From contig OZ024755.1 of the NCBI GenBank assembly GCA_964016885.1, forward strand, positions 1,488,001-1,552,000: 64,000 nucleotides of DNA, read 5' to 3'. A model generated the notes under the pieces. The model was given only the letters and a program-made list of their open reading frames with translations, was not told where the DNA came from and made no database searches. Below, piece by piece: positions 49,696 through 63,572 of the stretch. The position numbers and the translations under genes are program-made. The stretch is from Eledone cirrhosa. Lineage: Eukaryota. Within the stretch, counting starts at the first letter, position 1. Each line of letters begins with the position of its first letter.

Positions 49696-51167
49696 TATAT
49701 ATATATGAAATTGAAGGCTGATGTTAAAAGAAAATAATTGTGTGGTGGGGGAAATATTTTGTAGATATCAATTTCCAGTATGTTTTAATTACGACAGTTA
49801 AAGCATCTATTGTAAAACTCATGAAATTAAAAAAACAGACATTTTTATAATATCATCGTTTAGAAAATAAAAACATTTTTTTTTTAATATAAAATTGTCT
49901 TCTCCAACGATATTAATTAATATATCCCTTAATTGTGCTTTTCTTTCTGTTAACGAACTATAAGGATAATCCTTAAAGTAATTAAACAAATATTTTTATA
50001 TTTTCTAAAAATCAATTTAAACAATCAATATCTAAAATTCAAAATATTAAATACAAACTTTTTTTTTTAAATCTAACCTTGGACTTTATATTTCTACTAA
50101 ATATATTAACATGCATGTGAATCCTTCCCCAATTCTATAACTTACCAAAAACATGTTGAGGTAGAAAATATAATTGTTTACTTCTACTGGAGAATTATTC
50201 CCGTGTCAGAGTTTTTAAGATAAATAATTCCAAAATTGGTAAATTATTTTTAAAAATTAGCAAAGAATTAGTTGAAAGGGAACCGTGGAAGATATAAAGA
50301 TTGTGATGAGATGGTAGATTCCTTATATTCCATAGTTAAAGTAATAAAATGTTTGAAACGATTCTGTAGAGTAAAGAAACTCTTCTTACAATGTGGAATA
50401 AAGACGAGAGAGAAATGTGTTGCTACTAATAATATATATTTATATATTAGTGTCAGCAAGTAGAGAGAACTACTGTGTGGAGAGAAAAGAAAGCTTGCAA
50501 TGAAGTTTGTAGAGAATATCTCGTTGTTATTCATAACACCATTGTATCGATTTTCAGGAAAGCAAATAAAATAAAGGTTTAGTAAATAAGGATACTTTAT
50601 ATAAAATAATCAACCGTTATATTATATTAGGTATAATATATATTTATGTAATCTGATTTATTGCTGAGGAATGTGACAACTTGTTTAAAGATGTTCATTT
50701 CATTTTGTATGTTTCGCATTTGTATTTTGTTTTTTTCTTGCGGAAGTATAATTGACAAGAGAGAGCATTTGTTTTCTTCTAAATACGTGAAATAAGTATA
50801 TATATATATATTTAATATATTTATTTTATTTTATTTTACCTTGCAGCTGGAATTTTGTTTTCAGACAATTCATTTACCAGTTGCATCTAGGTGGAAGAAA
50901 ATATGAAAATCCGTCCAACAACATAACATAGTGGTTAGGTTGCATTAGGTGCGAGACCAGTTGTTCTACCGGTTTATAATTGAAGGGGAGGATTATAATG
51001 TGAGGAGTAGTAAAAACTAGACCTCTAATGATAGTCATGGTCAGATCATCTGCCTACTATAGACAAGTTTCACTTCTATGTTCTACATACATATCAAATT
51101 GGTTCTCTCTCTCTCTCTATATATATATGTATGAATAAAACAGGAAAGCTAGAAGTCTATAAAAGTG

Positions 51168-51211
<44 letters not shown>

Positions 51212-51697
51212 GACGAATTAATAGTGAGGGGAAAGGAGACATACAGATGACAAAATACGTTAACCGATATAAAGATTTTATTTTTAGTATTTTTTCATGT
51301 TATCTTTTTATAAATTTATATAAATATTTCTCATTCTCTCTCCATAGACAGAGAGAAAATATGCATATAATATATTTATATATAAATTATATTTTATTAT
51401 GTCTACTACTTAGAGAAAGAAGTGCGCCTACGACAGAAATAGTAAGAGCAACAGACAGAGGAATGAAATGACGTATTAGTCTAGTCGTAATGTCGACGGC
51501 ATTCCTCCCCCTTCATACCATATATATATAGTATAAATTGTGGAGTGAAACGTTACCGTAATTGTGTTTCTTATATATATAATATATATATATATCAACA
51601 AAATACTTTTATTGAAAGAAAGCTACACTTTTTTTTTCACGTTTCGATTTATTTGATGTGTGACGTAAAATACTTTATATCATCTGTGGTTATTTGC

Positions 51698-51753
51698 TAT
51701 TCAGAGGAAAATTATACACACACATATGTGTGTGTATAATTTTCCTCTGAATA
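51698..51753. repeat. Perfect 56-bp palindrome
   Basis: tattcagaggaaaattatacacacacat|atgtgtgtgtataattttcctctgaata. Confidence 0.95.
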
Positions 51754-51876
51754 TATATATATGTGTGTGTTTTTTTATTCATTAATTAAATTAATAAAAG
51801 ATTTTAAATAACGATATATATATTTTTTTAATTACTAAATAATTTATAGGTATGGGATACACATGTGTGTATGTAG

Positions 51877-51926
<50 letters not shown>

Positions 51927-52619
51927 GCTTGTGTATATATATAGTCGTTTCTGTATTTTGCTTGAATAATGAAAATGTATAAACCGGCATATATATATAT
52001 ATATTTGATCTAAGCATCTCTTAAATTTCATTATAAAGTGTAAGCCATCCCTTGAAAGGGCGTTACATGGGCAGGGCTTGTTAGAAAAAAAGAAGAAATT
52101 TAAAAACGAGGCTCTGTCTTAGTCACGGCGGAGGAACCATTTTCGGCAATTTTAGCAAGAATTATTCTTTTCTACATTTACCATTTGGCCTCTCCGTCGA
52201 AATTTTTTTGTTTTTGTTTAACAAAACATGCAACTTTATTATTTTTTATTTTCATAACAAAGTAATAATAGTTATAGAAATTGTGCCAATGGTTAAATTA
52301 AGTGAATTTATAAGAGGGATCCGTTGACCTAAATCTCGTTCTACTCCTCGTTTCTTCATTCTCATTCTCAAAGGATTAATTCGCTCTAATGAATGTCAGG
52401 TTTTTTTTTTCGGATTTCTGTGTTTGTTTTTTTACGTAATAGAAAAAAAATTTCTAACGATATCTGATCGTTATAAATTTGATCGGATTTTATTTTGACG
52501 TGTTTTTACGATTTTAAAAAGGTCGTGTGATTATTGACTTTAACGAAGTAATTAAAAGAATGATGGAACTATTTCGTTAGTCGGAGGTGTAATTTGTAAT
52601 TAGACTTTATTCGAACAGC

Positions 52620-52660
52620 TTGTTTGGGCGGGAAACAAAAGGGACGCCATCTTGGAAAAT
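52620..52660 (+). promoter_or_regulatory. RAD21: RAD21 promoter: E2F-type and YY1-type sites
   Basis: ggcgggaaa (E2F TTTCCCGCC) and cgccatctt (YY1) within a CpG-enriched region of about 52080-52870. Confidence 0.7.
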
Positions 52661-52791
52661 GAAATTTGGCTGTTATTAATTATGTGGCTTTTTGCTACGA
52701 TTTTTAGCAATCACCCGCCGGATTTTACTATACATGTTGATTGAATGTTGTTAATTAGATAACCAAGATTTAACTGCATATCGACAATCGG
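52640..52791 (+). other. RAD21: Probable RAD21 non-coding first exon (start approximate)
   Basis: Consensus donor cgg|gtaagt at 52792 just downstream of the promoter motifs. The matching acceptor at 57874 lies 23 nt before the ATG. Confidence 0.6.
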
Positions 52792-55700
52792 GTAAGTAAG
52801 CGCCAGTTATATATTGCTGATATTTTTCTGAAGAAAACTTGGTCGTTACTAAACTAGTCCATCGGCCAACAGTAAACATATGTCTAATATAGAGAGAAGA
52901 GAGCAGAGAGAAGAAGAAGCTTTTACTTTTAGTTTTTATATTTTACGGTGGGGATAAATATTTTCTTTTATACCAAGTAACAGGATCTGATCTGGATTAT
53001 TGGAGGGGGATAGATCGATTTTATTGCTAGAGTTAATATTTCTTTAATGCTTAATATAGTAACAATCTCTCGGTGATCGTGTATGTATATGTTGCTATAT
53101 ATATATGTTTGTGTCTGGGTATATATATGTTATATACGTGTGTATGTTGGTATGCATGGATGTTAACCCTATACTATATACATATATATATTTACACACA
53201 CATCTATATCTGAACACTATATATTTACACACAAGCACTTATATATACACTACTATTCTCTAGTATATATACACCACAATTCTCTAGTATATATACACAC
53301 CACAATTCGCCGATCTATCTGCTTTAACACCACATTTTATATATTTACTCGCCAATATATTTCAATAATCTACACACATGTATTTTAGATTTATTTCAAT
53401 CTCTCCATCATTTATTTTTCAATTATATCAAAATAAATTGATTCCAATAAATACAAATTGTTGCATGTATCTTCATTTTAACCTATATATTTTTTATTTC
53501 TATATACATAGATCAAAGATTATATATATAATCTTAACATAGTCTATACTTTTCATTTTCTGTCTTAAATATTACAGATCAATATTATTCCTCTTCGATC
53601 TATTCTCTATTTCTACTTCTATCAATTTTCGATCTAATTTTTAAATATTCGAACGATTTTCCACCAGGTGAAATTTTAAATCTGTTAAAAATATTTATTA
53701 ATCTTTTTCACAATATAAGAACAGTTTGTAATTTTAAAATAGTATTATTTTGTTAAAGGTTATATTTCCATATTCCAAGATATAATAAACGTAATTAAAC
53801 TATAGAACTATGTCAGATATTCCATATTTACGTGGAATGTGTAAAATTGTCAGCAAAGATGTTGCTGACTTTCCAATCTACATTTTCTAGATTAACAGTT
53901 CTATTTATTGCTCCATTAAATATTTAGTTTATTACATCTAGTAATTATATAATAACATAACTGTAATGTTTCTCGTGTAATTTAATCAACTCAGGTTGAA
54001 ATATTTAGAAGGAAATATAACGATATTGAAGATTGCTCACCATTATATCTGAATTCAAATGAAATTTTATAGATAGATCAAACATTTTATATATCAGCTG
54101 TCATCATTTGTCTTAATTAAATTGATCGAAAATAAGAAAATATCGTAATACGAATTAAATTTCTTTTGCTATTGATTGCTGCAAATCTTTCTTCCATATT
54201 GGAATTATTTTTTCTTCGCTATATTTCTGAATATTCTATATTCTTAAATCTAATTTTATTTCTATATAAACGTTTTTATGAATTTCATAATACGAAATAA
54301 AAATATTTATTGTGCAATAATTATAAATATATATATTTTCTACACTATATATAAAAAAGGAATAAGTAAGTTTGTGGTGGTCCAGTATTTTGTAATGTCT
54401 GTCCTGTTGAGTTTTAGCTTGTCTGTTAAAAATGGGTCATACGACTGATGGGAGATCACTCTCATATAGAAGACCAACCATTTTCTACTGCTTCTATTGA
54501 TTACTTAACACTACGGAGCTCTTCTCTCTCTGACTTCCACATCATCACTGATGGCCACTTCTTATACCGCTACCCTTTTATATGATGACGCGGTAACCTC
54601 CGCTCACTTAACACCAACGTTGATTGGTTGATATCTTTACATTGCTGGCCTACAACATATATTCCCGCTTAATTTCCCCTCAACATTAGAGCTTCACTCT
54701 ACCCTCCCCTCTCCCTCCCCATTAGCGGCAACATGATATTCCATAACCCCTTTTTTAAAAGCAGCTTCAATTCCCTAGAAATACGTATTTTTTATATATA
54801 TCTTTTAAACAAATGTTAAATTAACTACACAGATCCCTATTTTTTTTTCAAGGTAAGCTGAAATTGGTCTTTATATAATTTGTTTTAAACTAAAATAATA
54901 TCAGTTGTATCTCCTCTTTCTGTAGTTCTTTCTCTAGAAATCCCTCTAAAATTGAGTCATCTAAACTATTTGTCATCAAATGGGGTTTAAAATTTCACTC
55001 AGCTAATCCTAGTTGTGTAATATTGTATATTTGTAGTTGAATCAATTTTATCATCATAAAACTGACATTGAAATGGAATTTTAACATTGTCTTTGGAGGT
55101 AATATTAGATCTTTCGTGAATGCAGGTGTTATGTAGGTAAATGTATTTTAGACATTCGGATATCATAATAATAAACAAACCTCTAAGCTGTAAAACATAG
55201 ATTTCACCTTCAAAATGCTAACCACCCTTAAAATTACACCCCTCTCGCAGGTATAAATCTTTGGATCCTTCAATAAATACAATGTCATTACAAAACCTGT
55301 ATATTTTTTAATTAAACTACTTTCAGTATTTCTGTACAATACACGGTATAGAAAATAAAGTATATTTCCTACTTTAAAAGAAAATTTTGTACAGTTAAAT
55401 ATATTTCAATTTGGCATCTAATTATTAAGTAATTAAATCTGGCTAATTAATATTAAATGTAATTGTTTAGTAGCTATTGACTTAGAGAAAAGACGACAAC
55501 TGTTAGGTATATTAAGTGAAATGGAGGTCTCGTGTCTAGTAATCTAGTTGATATAGAAAGAAAATGATTGGTAGTGTGTTTGTTGTTAACGATCCTATTT
55601 ACAACCAAGTTGTGATCTTCAAAGATTTCTCTATTATAACCAATATCTTCAGAAATATATGGATGTCTCTTCACTGTTCTCTCGTCTCTAAATTATCAGC

Positions 55701-56023
55701 TTTTCCGTGTATGTCGACATTTTGTCGAGTGTTTGTGACCTTTTCAATTCCCGGTTGGATTGGGAGAAAGCACAACGTTGCATTTTCTCTTTCCTCTACA
55801 TGTGGAGCTAACTTTCAACATGTCCAAGCTTAACTAATATATTTACAATATATAAATTACTACTATAATATACAATATATAAATATTCCGGGTCAATTTT
55901 CCCATTTTAAAGAAATCTGTTTTCATAGTAAACACAATTGTGTTTTCTATTTACAGCATTAAATTAAATATGGAAGGATATATTAGATATAATCCAGATT
56001 GTAAATACTTTCATTATTTAAAT

Positions 56024-56205
56024 GTGGATTGGCAGAATTGGTAGAAGGTTTGGCATGCTTTCCAGCATAGTTACGTTCCTTTACGATCTGAGTTCAAATC
56101 CCGCCAAGGTTAACTTTGCCTTTCTTCCTTACGATGTCGATAAAATAAAGTACCAGTAATGTACTGGGTAATTTCTGACCCTGTGCCGAAAGTAGAAACA
56201 ATTAT
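56024..56205 (+). mobile_element. SINE family A copy in RAD21 intron 1
   Basis: gtggattggcagaattggtagaagg head, gagttcaaatcccgccaagg, family tail. Confidence 0.85.
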
Positions 56206-57395
56206 TTAAATGTGGAGAAATTAAAGGAAAATTACATTTTAAAATATTTCAGTTATTAAATTTAAAGGGTTGGTGTCAGTTATATCTCTGATGTCCTTCC
56301 ATACTTCAATATTCACGGCCGTCAATCAACGGAACAAAATATTGGAATATATGAAAATCTCTATTATTGACAATGGTTCTCATTTAAGACATATTTGGTC
56401 GCTACGTTTCATTGATTCAGTTATATTGGAGTCGTTTGATCTGGTAGAAGTAGCAACCAAATCTCCCTCAAATGGTGGTGGTTTTATATACTTCATCTAT
56501 TTCTTTCCAACTTCCTAATGATGAGCAATTAGTACAAATATTTTAATTCATTTAGTTTCTATGTATGGAAAACTAAAAGAATTATTTAAAGTCCTAACTT
56601 TAAATGAGACTACGTTAACTTATTGGTTGGAGAATGTTATTTGGGGGTTTAACGAAAACAAAATTCTTAAAGGACAAGAATGAGATCGATAGTTCCAAGT
56701 TTTTCCAGCTAAACAGAAACGGGATGATAGAAACATGGACATGAAATGTTTTTAAAATGTGGAAAATAAGTTATATGAAAGAGTGGTGGATAGTTTACCA
56801 GAAATTGTGGTGTACTCAACCATTGTTGGAACTTAGGAGGATAAATTGTTAATTCTGTTGAGATAAAATATTAAGACCCTAGCTAGTGAGCAATCTAACA
56901 CCACTTGGTGCACATTTAGTCATGGTTATACTGAATTCACCAGACCCTTTATAAATACTAGCCCCCCCCCCCTCCATTACACTAAAAACTCATGAGGCGG
57001 TAATTTTAAGTCATTTGTTGTAGGTCCATAGGTTTCCTCGAGGGGCTTGATACCAACACATTAGTATTTTAACATGTTTTAGATGAGTTGGAATATTTTA
57101 GGATTAAAACTAACTTCGACATTTTAATCAGGTTCCTTGTTTTCAGTTATATCTTTGCATTGTTTTAGTTTTGGTCATCTTTCGTTTTAGGTACATAAAA
57201 TAGCCAACAACAAACAAATAATTAAACTCTAAACAAATGTTTTTATTTTTTGCCAGTTAATAAACTCCCAATTATTATTCTAGTCAGTTTTCATTAATGA
57301 TTGTTCAGTGTGATTGTTACAGAAATGTTCGACTTTTCAACTTCAGCCATTTATTAATTAAATATAAATGGTTAAAATGCATTTTTTTCTAGTAT

Positions 57396-57523
57396 TCAAT
57401 CACTATGACAATATCTTACAAGGATGTGTTCAACCACCGTGACACAATATCTTACAAGGATGTGTTCAACCACCATGACACAATATCTTACAAAGATGTG
57501 TTCAATCACCATGACACAATATC
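57396..57523. repeat. 36-bp tandem repeat, about 3.5 copies
   Basis: Unit gacacaatatcttacaaggatgtgttcaaccaccat. Confidence 0.9.
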
Positions 57524-57897
57524 TGGCAAGGGTCGGGACCATTTAGTATTATACGTACTATCCATCCGTCTTCCACAGTTTCTATTTATCCAATTTTACT
57601 CAAGTCTTGGCACTACATGAGACCGTAAATGATATGTTAACCAAGATATCTCGCAGTGAAATCGAATCCGGGATCTTGTGATTGTGAAGTGAACTTCTTA
57701 ATCATATTTCTGTCTAAAAACTCCCAAAATAATAATAACCACTTTTACTTTCATTTAAAATTACATTTGTTTTATATATACCTAAAACGAAAGATAACCT
57801 AATTTTTTTGAAAATAACTTTTCACTTTTTTCCATTATGATATAACCAAATATTTCTTTTTATTTCTCTTTCAGATTTTACTGAAAAATAATTAACA

Positions 57898-58041
57898 ATG
57901 TTTTACGCCCATTTTGTACTGAGTAAAAAGGGCCCGCTGGCCAAAATATGGCTGGCGGCCCATTGGGACAAGAAATTAACAAAGGCACATGTTTTTGAAA
58001 CAAATATTGACAGCAGTGTTGAAGCTATTCTCAAACCAAAG
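57898..58041 (+). CDS. RAD21: Cohesin kleisin RAD21, coding exon 1
   Basis: [48 protein letters not shown] is the canonical Rad21 N-terminus; donor gtagtt. Confidence 0.98.
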
Positions 58042-59788
58042 GTAGTTTGATGTTCTTTTATTATATTTTATATTAATAAAAGACTTGTCAGTCTTATAAA
58101 TATTGTTTAACTTTTGTATTGAGTTTCAATCTGGGTGTGGTCTGGTTTTCAATTGGTACACTCTACCCCTGCATGACGAGGTCAACTTTACCTTTTCATC
58201 CTTTGGAGGTCGATAAAAATTACCAGCCTAGGGGGTTGATTCTTCCTCTATATCTCTTTCTATTCTTCTCTGGAAGAAGTCTGCTGTGTTCAGACCTAGA
58301 GAAGGTTGGGTCCTGTCTTTAAAATGTCATAAGGAGTTAATGGGACCATACCATCCCTGCTTGTCGTAAAGGTGACAAAAGGGGTTGGTGCCAACCAAGA
58401 CAGGCATCTACCTGTAGAATATTATCTCTCCAAGATGAGTATAAAACTTGTCAGCCCCCTACTCCAGAGTTAATCACTGTTTTAGCAAAGAATTTTTTCT
58501 TGTTATTTTTTGTACTAGGTTTGTTTAGATTCATTGTAATTTTTTAGATTATGATTGATATTGAATAATATAAAGAAAAGTATATTGATATTAGCCATAT
58601 ATATATCATTGTATCTTCTACCAAGTGTTGTGACTGATAGCTAGTATCAACAATGAAAATATTATTTCCTTGGTCTGATTTGATGAGTTCCAGTATTTAA
58701 AGTGTTAAAGCACCTGAGAAACCTCAGTTTAAAACCTTACAGGAGGTCTGTAAAATCTGCACAGGTGTAAGGCGGATCTTCATAAACATCTGTCATCCAG
58801 ATCAGATAAGAATAACTACTATGAGGACACATTAGTTGTGTCATGGACACGACAACCTCCCTAGTGCTGGGGATCTACACAATAAAAGCACCCAGTACAC
58901 TGTAAAGTGGACGGTGTTAGGAAGGGTATCTAGCTATAGAAAGCTTGCCAAACAAGGAGTTGGAAGGACCCTTCAGTTTGTGTCTTTTGACACAACTTTT
59001 CCTCTACTCAATAGAACTTATGACCATACATAGACTCCTCAGTACTGATTGGTCTATGTAGATCCACCCAACTGTTGCTAGTAGGGAGAGCAGACATTAA
59101 ATAATGATGAGGCCTATTTTTATGATCCACCATCATTGTCTTCAGTTGACCATCACATTAATCCTAACTACAAACATAGTTGGATTAGTAACAAAAATAA
59201 AGGTGTCTCTTGTTTAGTCCCAAATAAACTGTGATAAAAAAATATTGCAGCTGGATTATCAACATATAGATATATATTATTGTTCCATTTTAAGATGAAT
59301 CAGATTTGGCTATTCTTTTCAGTAATATGAGATCAACTCTCACCACTTCCTCCCAAGTCTTCCTTGGTTTACCTCTACTGGGATTTCCTGGCACATCTTC
59401 ACTCAGTGATCATCATCCATGTGCATCACATAAAGATGTGTTCCCTAATCGTTTATAAAATACCAGTAAGGGTGAGATCTAAATATAGATATTAGTGTCA
59501 TGGGGGCAACATAGATAGTATTATCACCTTCATCTTATGTCAGTTTTCCATGCTGATGTAGGTTGGACAGGTTGTCACAATCTGAGTTTTTACTTAGAGT
59601 GACTTCCCTCTTACACAGTCGGAAGACCACATCTAGCTCGTGCCTTTTATTTTTTTTGCCATTGTGTCTGTCAGCAGATCCACAGGGCCCTAGATTGAGA
59701 TTCAACTTCTATATTTATTAATCTTAATAAAATACTGCGTTAATTTTCTTAGCAATGTGTTCATGTTATGTTGTATTTTAAATTTCAG

Positions 59789-60018
59789 GTAAAAATGGCT
59801 TTAAGAACATCAGGCCACTTGCTCTTGGGAGTTGTACGTATTTATTCTCGGAAAGCCAAATATCTTTTAGCTGATTGTAATGAAGCTTTTGTTAAAATCA
59901 AGATGGCTTTTCGCCCCGGGGTAGTTGATCTTCCTGAAGAAAACCGAGAAGCCTCCGTGGCAGCAATTACCTTACAAGAAAATTTCCATGATTTTGATAC
60001 AACACTAGCTGACCTCAA
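59789..60018 (+). CDS. RAD21: RAD21 coding exon 2
   Basis: [55 protein letters not shown]...; tttcag / gtaagt, phase 0-2. Confidence 0.98.
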
Positions 60019-60577
60019 GTAAGTAGAAATACTTAAATTGTTGTCCCTGTTGTCAGACTATTTTTAACATTGTCCATGTTGTCCAAGGTTCGATAGAATA
60101 AGGGTCTCTGCTATTAAGCTGTTGTTTGGAACATAACATAATGTTCTGATGTATAACTTTAGAGCTGGAATAAATTTAAATAAAGTACTGGAGTTTTGCA
60201 TCATAAAAGGTTTCTGCAGAAAATTATGAGAGGTATGTGTGGGGGTGGGATTCTGGTTGTTTAATCAATAGAACAGCCTACTCATGTAAAGAGGTTTAGT
60301 ATTCTGGACATGTACACTCTTAACATAATTCTCAGGTTGATTCAATATCTGACTTGGCTGGCCTGTTGAATTACAGGTAAAATCTAACAGGCTTCCTATT
60401 TCACCGACAAGGCTTAAATTTTCAACTACGCTGTTTCCATATAAGTTTAGTTATAAGGAAATAAGATATTCAGATATAAAGATAATAATTTGTTGTAAGA
60501 AATATTGTTTCAATAGTTGTATAAATCAGTGAATCATATTTATAGCTTGAATTAATTTCATTTTATTTCCTTTTCAG

Positions 60578-60684
60578 TGAAATCAATGTACAAGCTCAAT
60601 TTTCAGTGAATCAAAGTCGTCCTGAAGAAATTACCATGCGGGAGGATTATGGAAACATCACTTTGATTGGTGATGATGGCTTTG
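60578..60684 (+). CDS. RAD21: RAD21 coding exon 3
   Basis: [36 protein letters not shown]; ttttcag / gtatgt, phase 2-1. Confidence 0.96.
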
Positions 60685-60689
60685 GTATG

Positions 60690-60730
<41 letters not shown>

Positions 60731-61059
60731 TAATTGTGTGATTAGTTGCAAAGTAATTAATTCTTAAATTTTTATAATTAGTTTCAAAATGACATTAGCT
60801 AAATTTATTTCTCATTTGATTCAATTTTTTTTAATTTGTAATTTGTTTCTAAAATCATTTAATGTTTCAGTGGTTTGTGTGCATTAATGCTATAACCTCC
60901 TGCTATAAATGGAAAGTAATGGAAACTGGTACAGCACAGCTAATTAAGAAGAAAATTAGCTTAGATTTAGATAAGATGCAGTTCAATTTTGTGCCATGAT
61001 AAGAATATTACTAATGTCCTCTTCTTGATGAAATAACTACAGAAGTTCTTAGAAAACAG

Positions 61060-61560
61060 CTGTCCACTGCATTTTATTGATCTGTTGTTGTAGTGAGCTT
61101 ATTGTACAGGAAGGACACAGCTCTTAGTTTTCCAGGTCAGCACAGAGGGCTTGAGAGCAGGCTATCTATGGAAACTTCTATATGCCAACGATCTAGTTCT
61201 TGTAACTGAATCAGTCAAATAATTATTGAAGAAATCCTATATTTAAAAGCAATCCCTAGAAATGAGAGATCTTAATGTAAATTTAGTTAGCAGAAAAAAG
61301 GACGCAACTTTACTGCCGTATAGTGCAGTTTATGTAAACTATAGGTGCACAAGAGATGCAGGTTGACAAAACAACTATATGTAGCAGATACACAGGATTG
61401 ATTAAAATACTCTGATGGTTTCCTAGAAGTAATTAATAGCTTCCATTATCTAGATGATGTGAAAGGGTATTTCTAAAGAAATAAGGATGGAGTAGAAGTT
61501 GAGGAAGTTCTCTCTTGGGTGAAGGGTAGATTGTATGTTTGTGTGATGCTGTGTGGTAAC
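61060..61560 (+). mobile_element. Highly degraded RTE relic in a RAD21 intron
   Basis: ctatggaaacttctatatgccaacgatctagttctt reads WKLLYANDLVL, resembling PWELLYADDLVL. Confidence 0.55.
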
Positions 61561-61599
61561 AAAATAAACTTGATTTTTTTTTTTTTAAATCTTAAATAG

Positions 61600-61791
61600 G
61601 TGATGTTGGGTTTGATGATCGAGAAATACTGCGAGACGCTACAAATCTAGAAGAGTCTTTGTTCAAAAGTCCTGACATTACCAGTCCTCGGGCTCCTGAA
61701 GAAATAAAAAGCATTGATGAGCCAGAGAAATCATTAGATGTGGACATGACAGCTCCTGTCACCAATGAACTTGATGAACCTAGCTTTATGG
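61600..61791 (+). CDS. RAD21: RAD21 coding exon 4 (contains separase-site-like DREILR)
   Basis: GDVGFDDREILRDATNLEESLFKSPDITSPRAPEE...PSFM; aatag / gtaagt, phase 1-1. Confidence 0.93.
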
Positions 61792-62425
61792 GTAAGTCTT
61801 TTAATGCTGATATAGTTGACCCATGAATGGCCAGATTTTTAATAAACTGTCAACATGCTTCAATTAGGGGTTTGTTAAAGGGACTAACTTTGTTTAAGAT
61901 GATGTTTGTAACAAAAGGTTCTTTAATATAACTACAATGAACATATTAAAACCTGTTTTATGTCAGAACCATAGGTTGGTTTGTATCAAAAGTTGATCCA
62001 AATAGAGTCGATGAATGATTCAGTGTTCTGAAGGTTTTAAGGTGTTATTAAATTTGAGGAGAATACATACAGCAGAAATAGTCTAAGGTGGACGTGTACC
62101 ATTACGTTTTTTGTTATATTTGTCTTTGATTTGTCAGTTAAGTTTGAAAATAATTGGGAATTTGGAAAGATTTAGTAATAACTTTCTCGTTATTAAGGTG
62201 GCGTTTGGAACATAATCTAACAAAGGTTCTTACATAAAATTATGATGGGAGGTCTTTAGTAAATATACTATAGAACTAATGGCCCTGAATTGTAGAACCA
62301 GGGGCAGTTAGTATTGAAAGGGTTAAAACAGCTAAATTGATCTACAACCATTACAAGACTCTCTCGAGTCTGTTCTAACATATTTTGTCAGAATTATATC
62401 CAGGAATTGTATTTTTGTTATTTAG

Positions 62426-62506
62426 ATGCTCCAGTTGATGATGACGATGATGATGATAATGGCAACAATGATGATTTTGGAGGTGAAATTGGTCAAGAAT
62501 TTCTCG
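62426..62506 (+). CDS. RAD21: RAD21 coding exon 5
   Basis: DAPVDDDDDDDNGNNDDFGGEIGQEFL; tttag / gtaatt, phase 1-1. Confidence 0.88.
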
Positions 62507-62655
62507 GTAATTCATTTCTTTCTTTAAACTCTCTGGGGTTGTTTTTTTACTTGAGCACCTCAACAGTAAAATTGTTTTATGGATATGTGGCTGAGATGTG
62601 TTTCAGATATATGTACATACATATATATATGTATATATATATATATATATAGTGA

Positions 62656-62690
<35 letters not shown>

Positions 62691-62978
62691 AGGTTCGTGG
62701 CTTAGTGGTTAGAGAATTGGATTCGCAAGCGTGAGGCTGCAGGTTTGATTCCGAGACCAGGTGATGCGTTATGTCATTGAGCAAAACACTTTATTTCACG
62801 TTCTTTCTGCCAAGAGTTGCAACCAGTTGATAGTATCTGTAATGGAAACATTGCTTCCTTGCTCCAATTTGATGAGCTCCTATCAATGAAACATAATTTA
62901 AAAGATTCTTTTGCATAGAATTCTGTTGGAAGGTTTAAATTTAAATAGGAACACTGTAAAGAGGAAGTTAATTGTATC

Positions 62979-63388
62979 GGACTGTCTCTGGCAGCTTGCT
63001 ATCTAAAGGGTTATCTTAAGTATAGGGGACTGTCTCCGGCAGCTTACTATCTAAAGGATTATCTTAAGTATAAGGGACAGTCTCTGGCAGCTTGCTATCT
63101 AAAGGGTTATCTTAAGTATAGGGCACTGTCTCTGGTAGCTTGCTATCTAAAGGGTTATCTTAAGTATAGGGGACTGTCTTTGGCAGCTTGCTATCTAAAG
63201 GGTTATCTTAAGTATAAGGGACAGTCTCCAGCAGGTTGCTATCTAAAGGGTTATCTTAAGTATAAGGGACAGTCTCCGGCAGGTTGCTATCTAAAGGGTT
63301 ATCTTAAGTATAAGGGACAGTCTCCGGCAGGTTGCTATATAAAGGGTTATCTTAAGTATAGGGGACTGTCTCTGGCAGCTTGCTATCA
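62979..63388. repeat. 48-bp intronic minisatellite, about 8.5 copies
   Basis: Unit ggactgtctctggcagcttgctatctaaagggttatcttaagtatagg. Confidence 0.95.
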
Positions 63389-63470
63389 AGAGGGTTAAAG
63401 ACATTTGCATGAAACGCAGCAAACTTTGGTAGTTAAGTGGTTCATTACAATATTTTTCATTATATTTTAG

Positions 63471-63572
63471 ATGATACATTTATGGAGCCTGGTGGACTAT
63501 TTGAAGATGCTCCTGTAACTGACGTTGGTATGGAACCTGAAGAACCAGTAACTGAGACCGAGAAACCTCAAG
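63471..63572 (+). CDS. RAD21: RAD21 coding exon 6 (gene continues beyond the window)
   Basis: DDTFMEPGGLFEDAPVTDVGMEPEEPVTETEKPQ; ttttag / gtattt, phase 1-1. Confidence 0.88.

Noticed and set aside
54440-55830. Possible coding gene inside RAD21 intron 1
   Set aside because: Only short broken frames with faint retroelement-like words; too decayed to classify.
63180-63398. 16-aa repeat ORF in a RAD21 intron
   Set aside because: 48-bp minisatellite; the RAD21 exons on either side join in phase without it.
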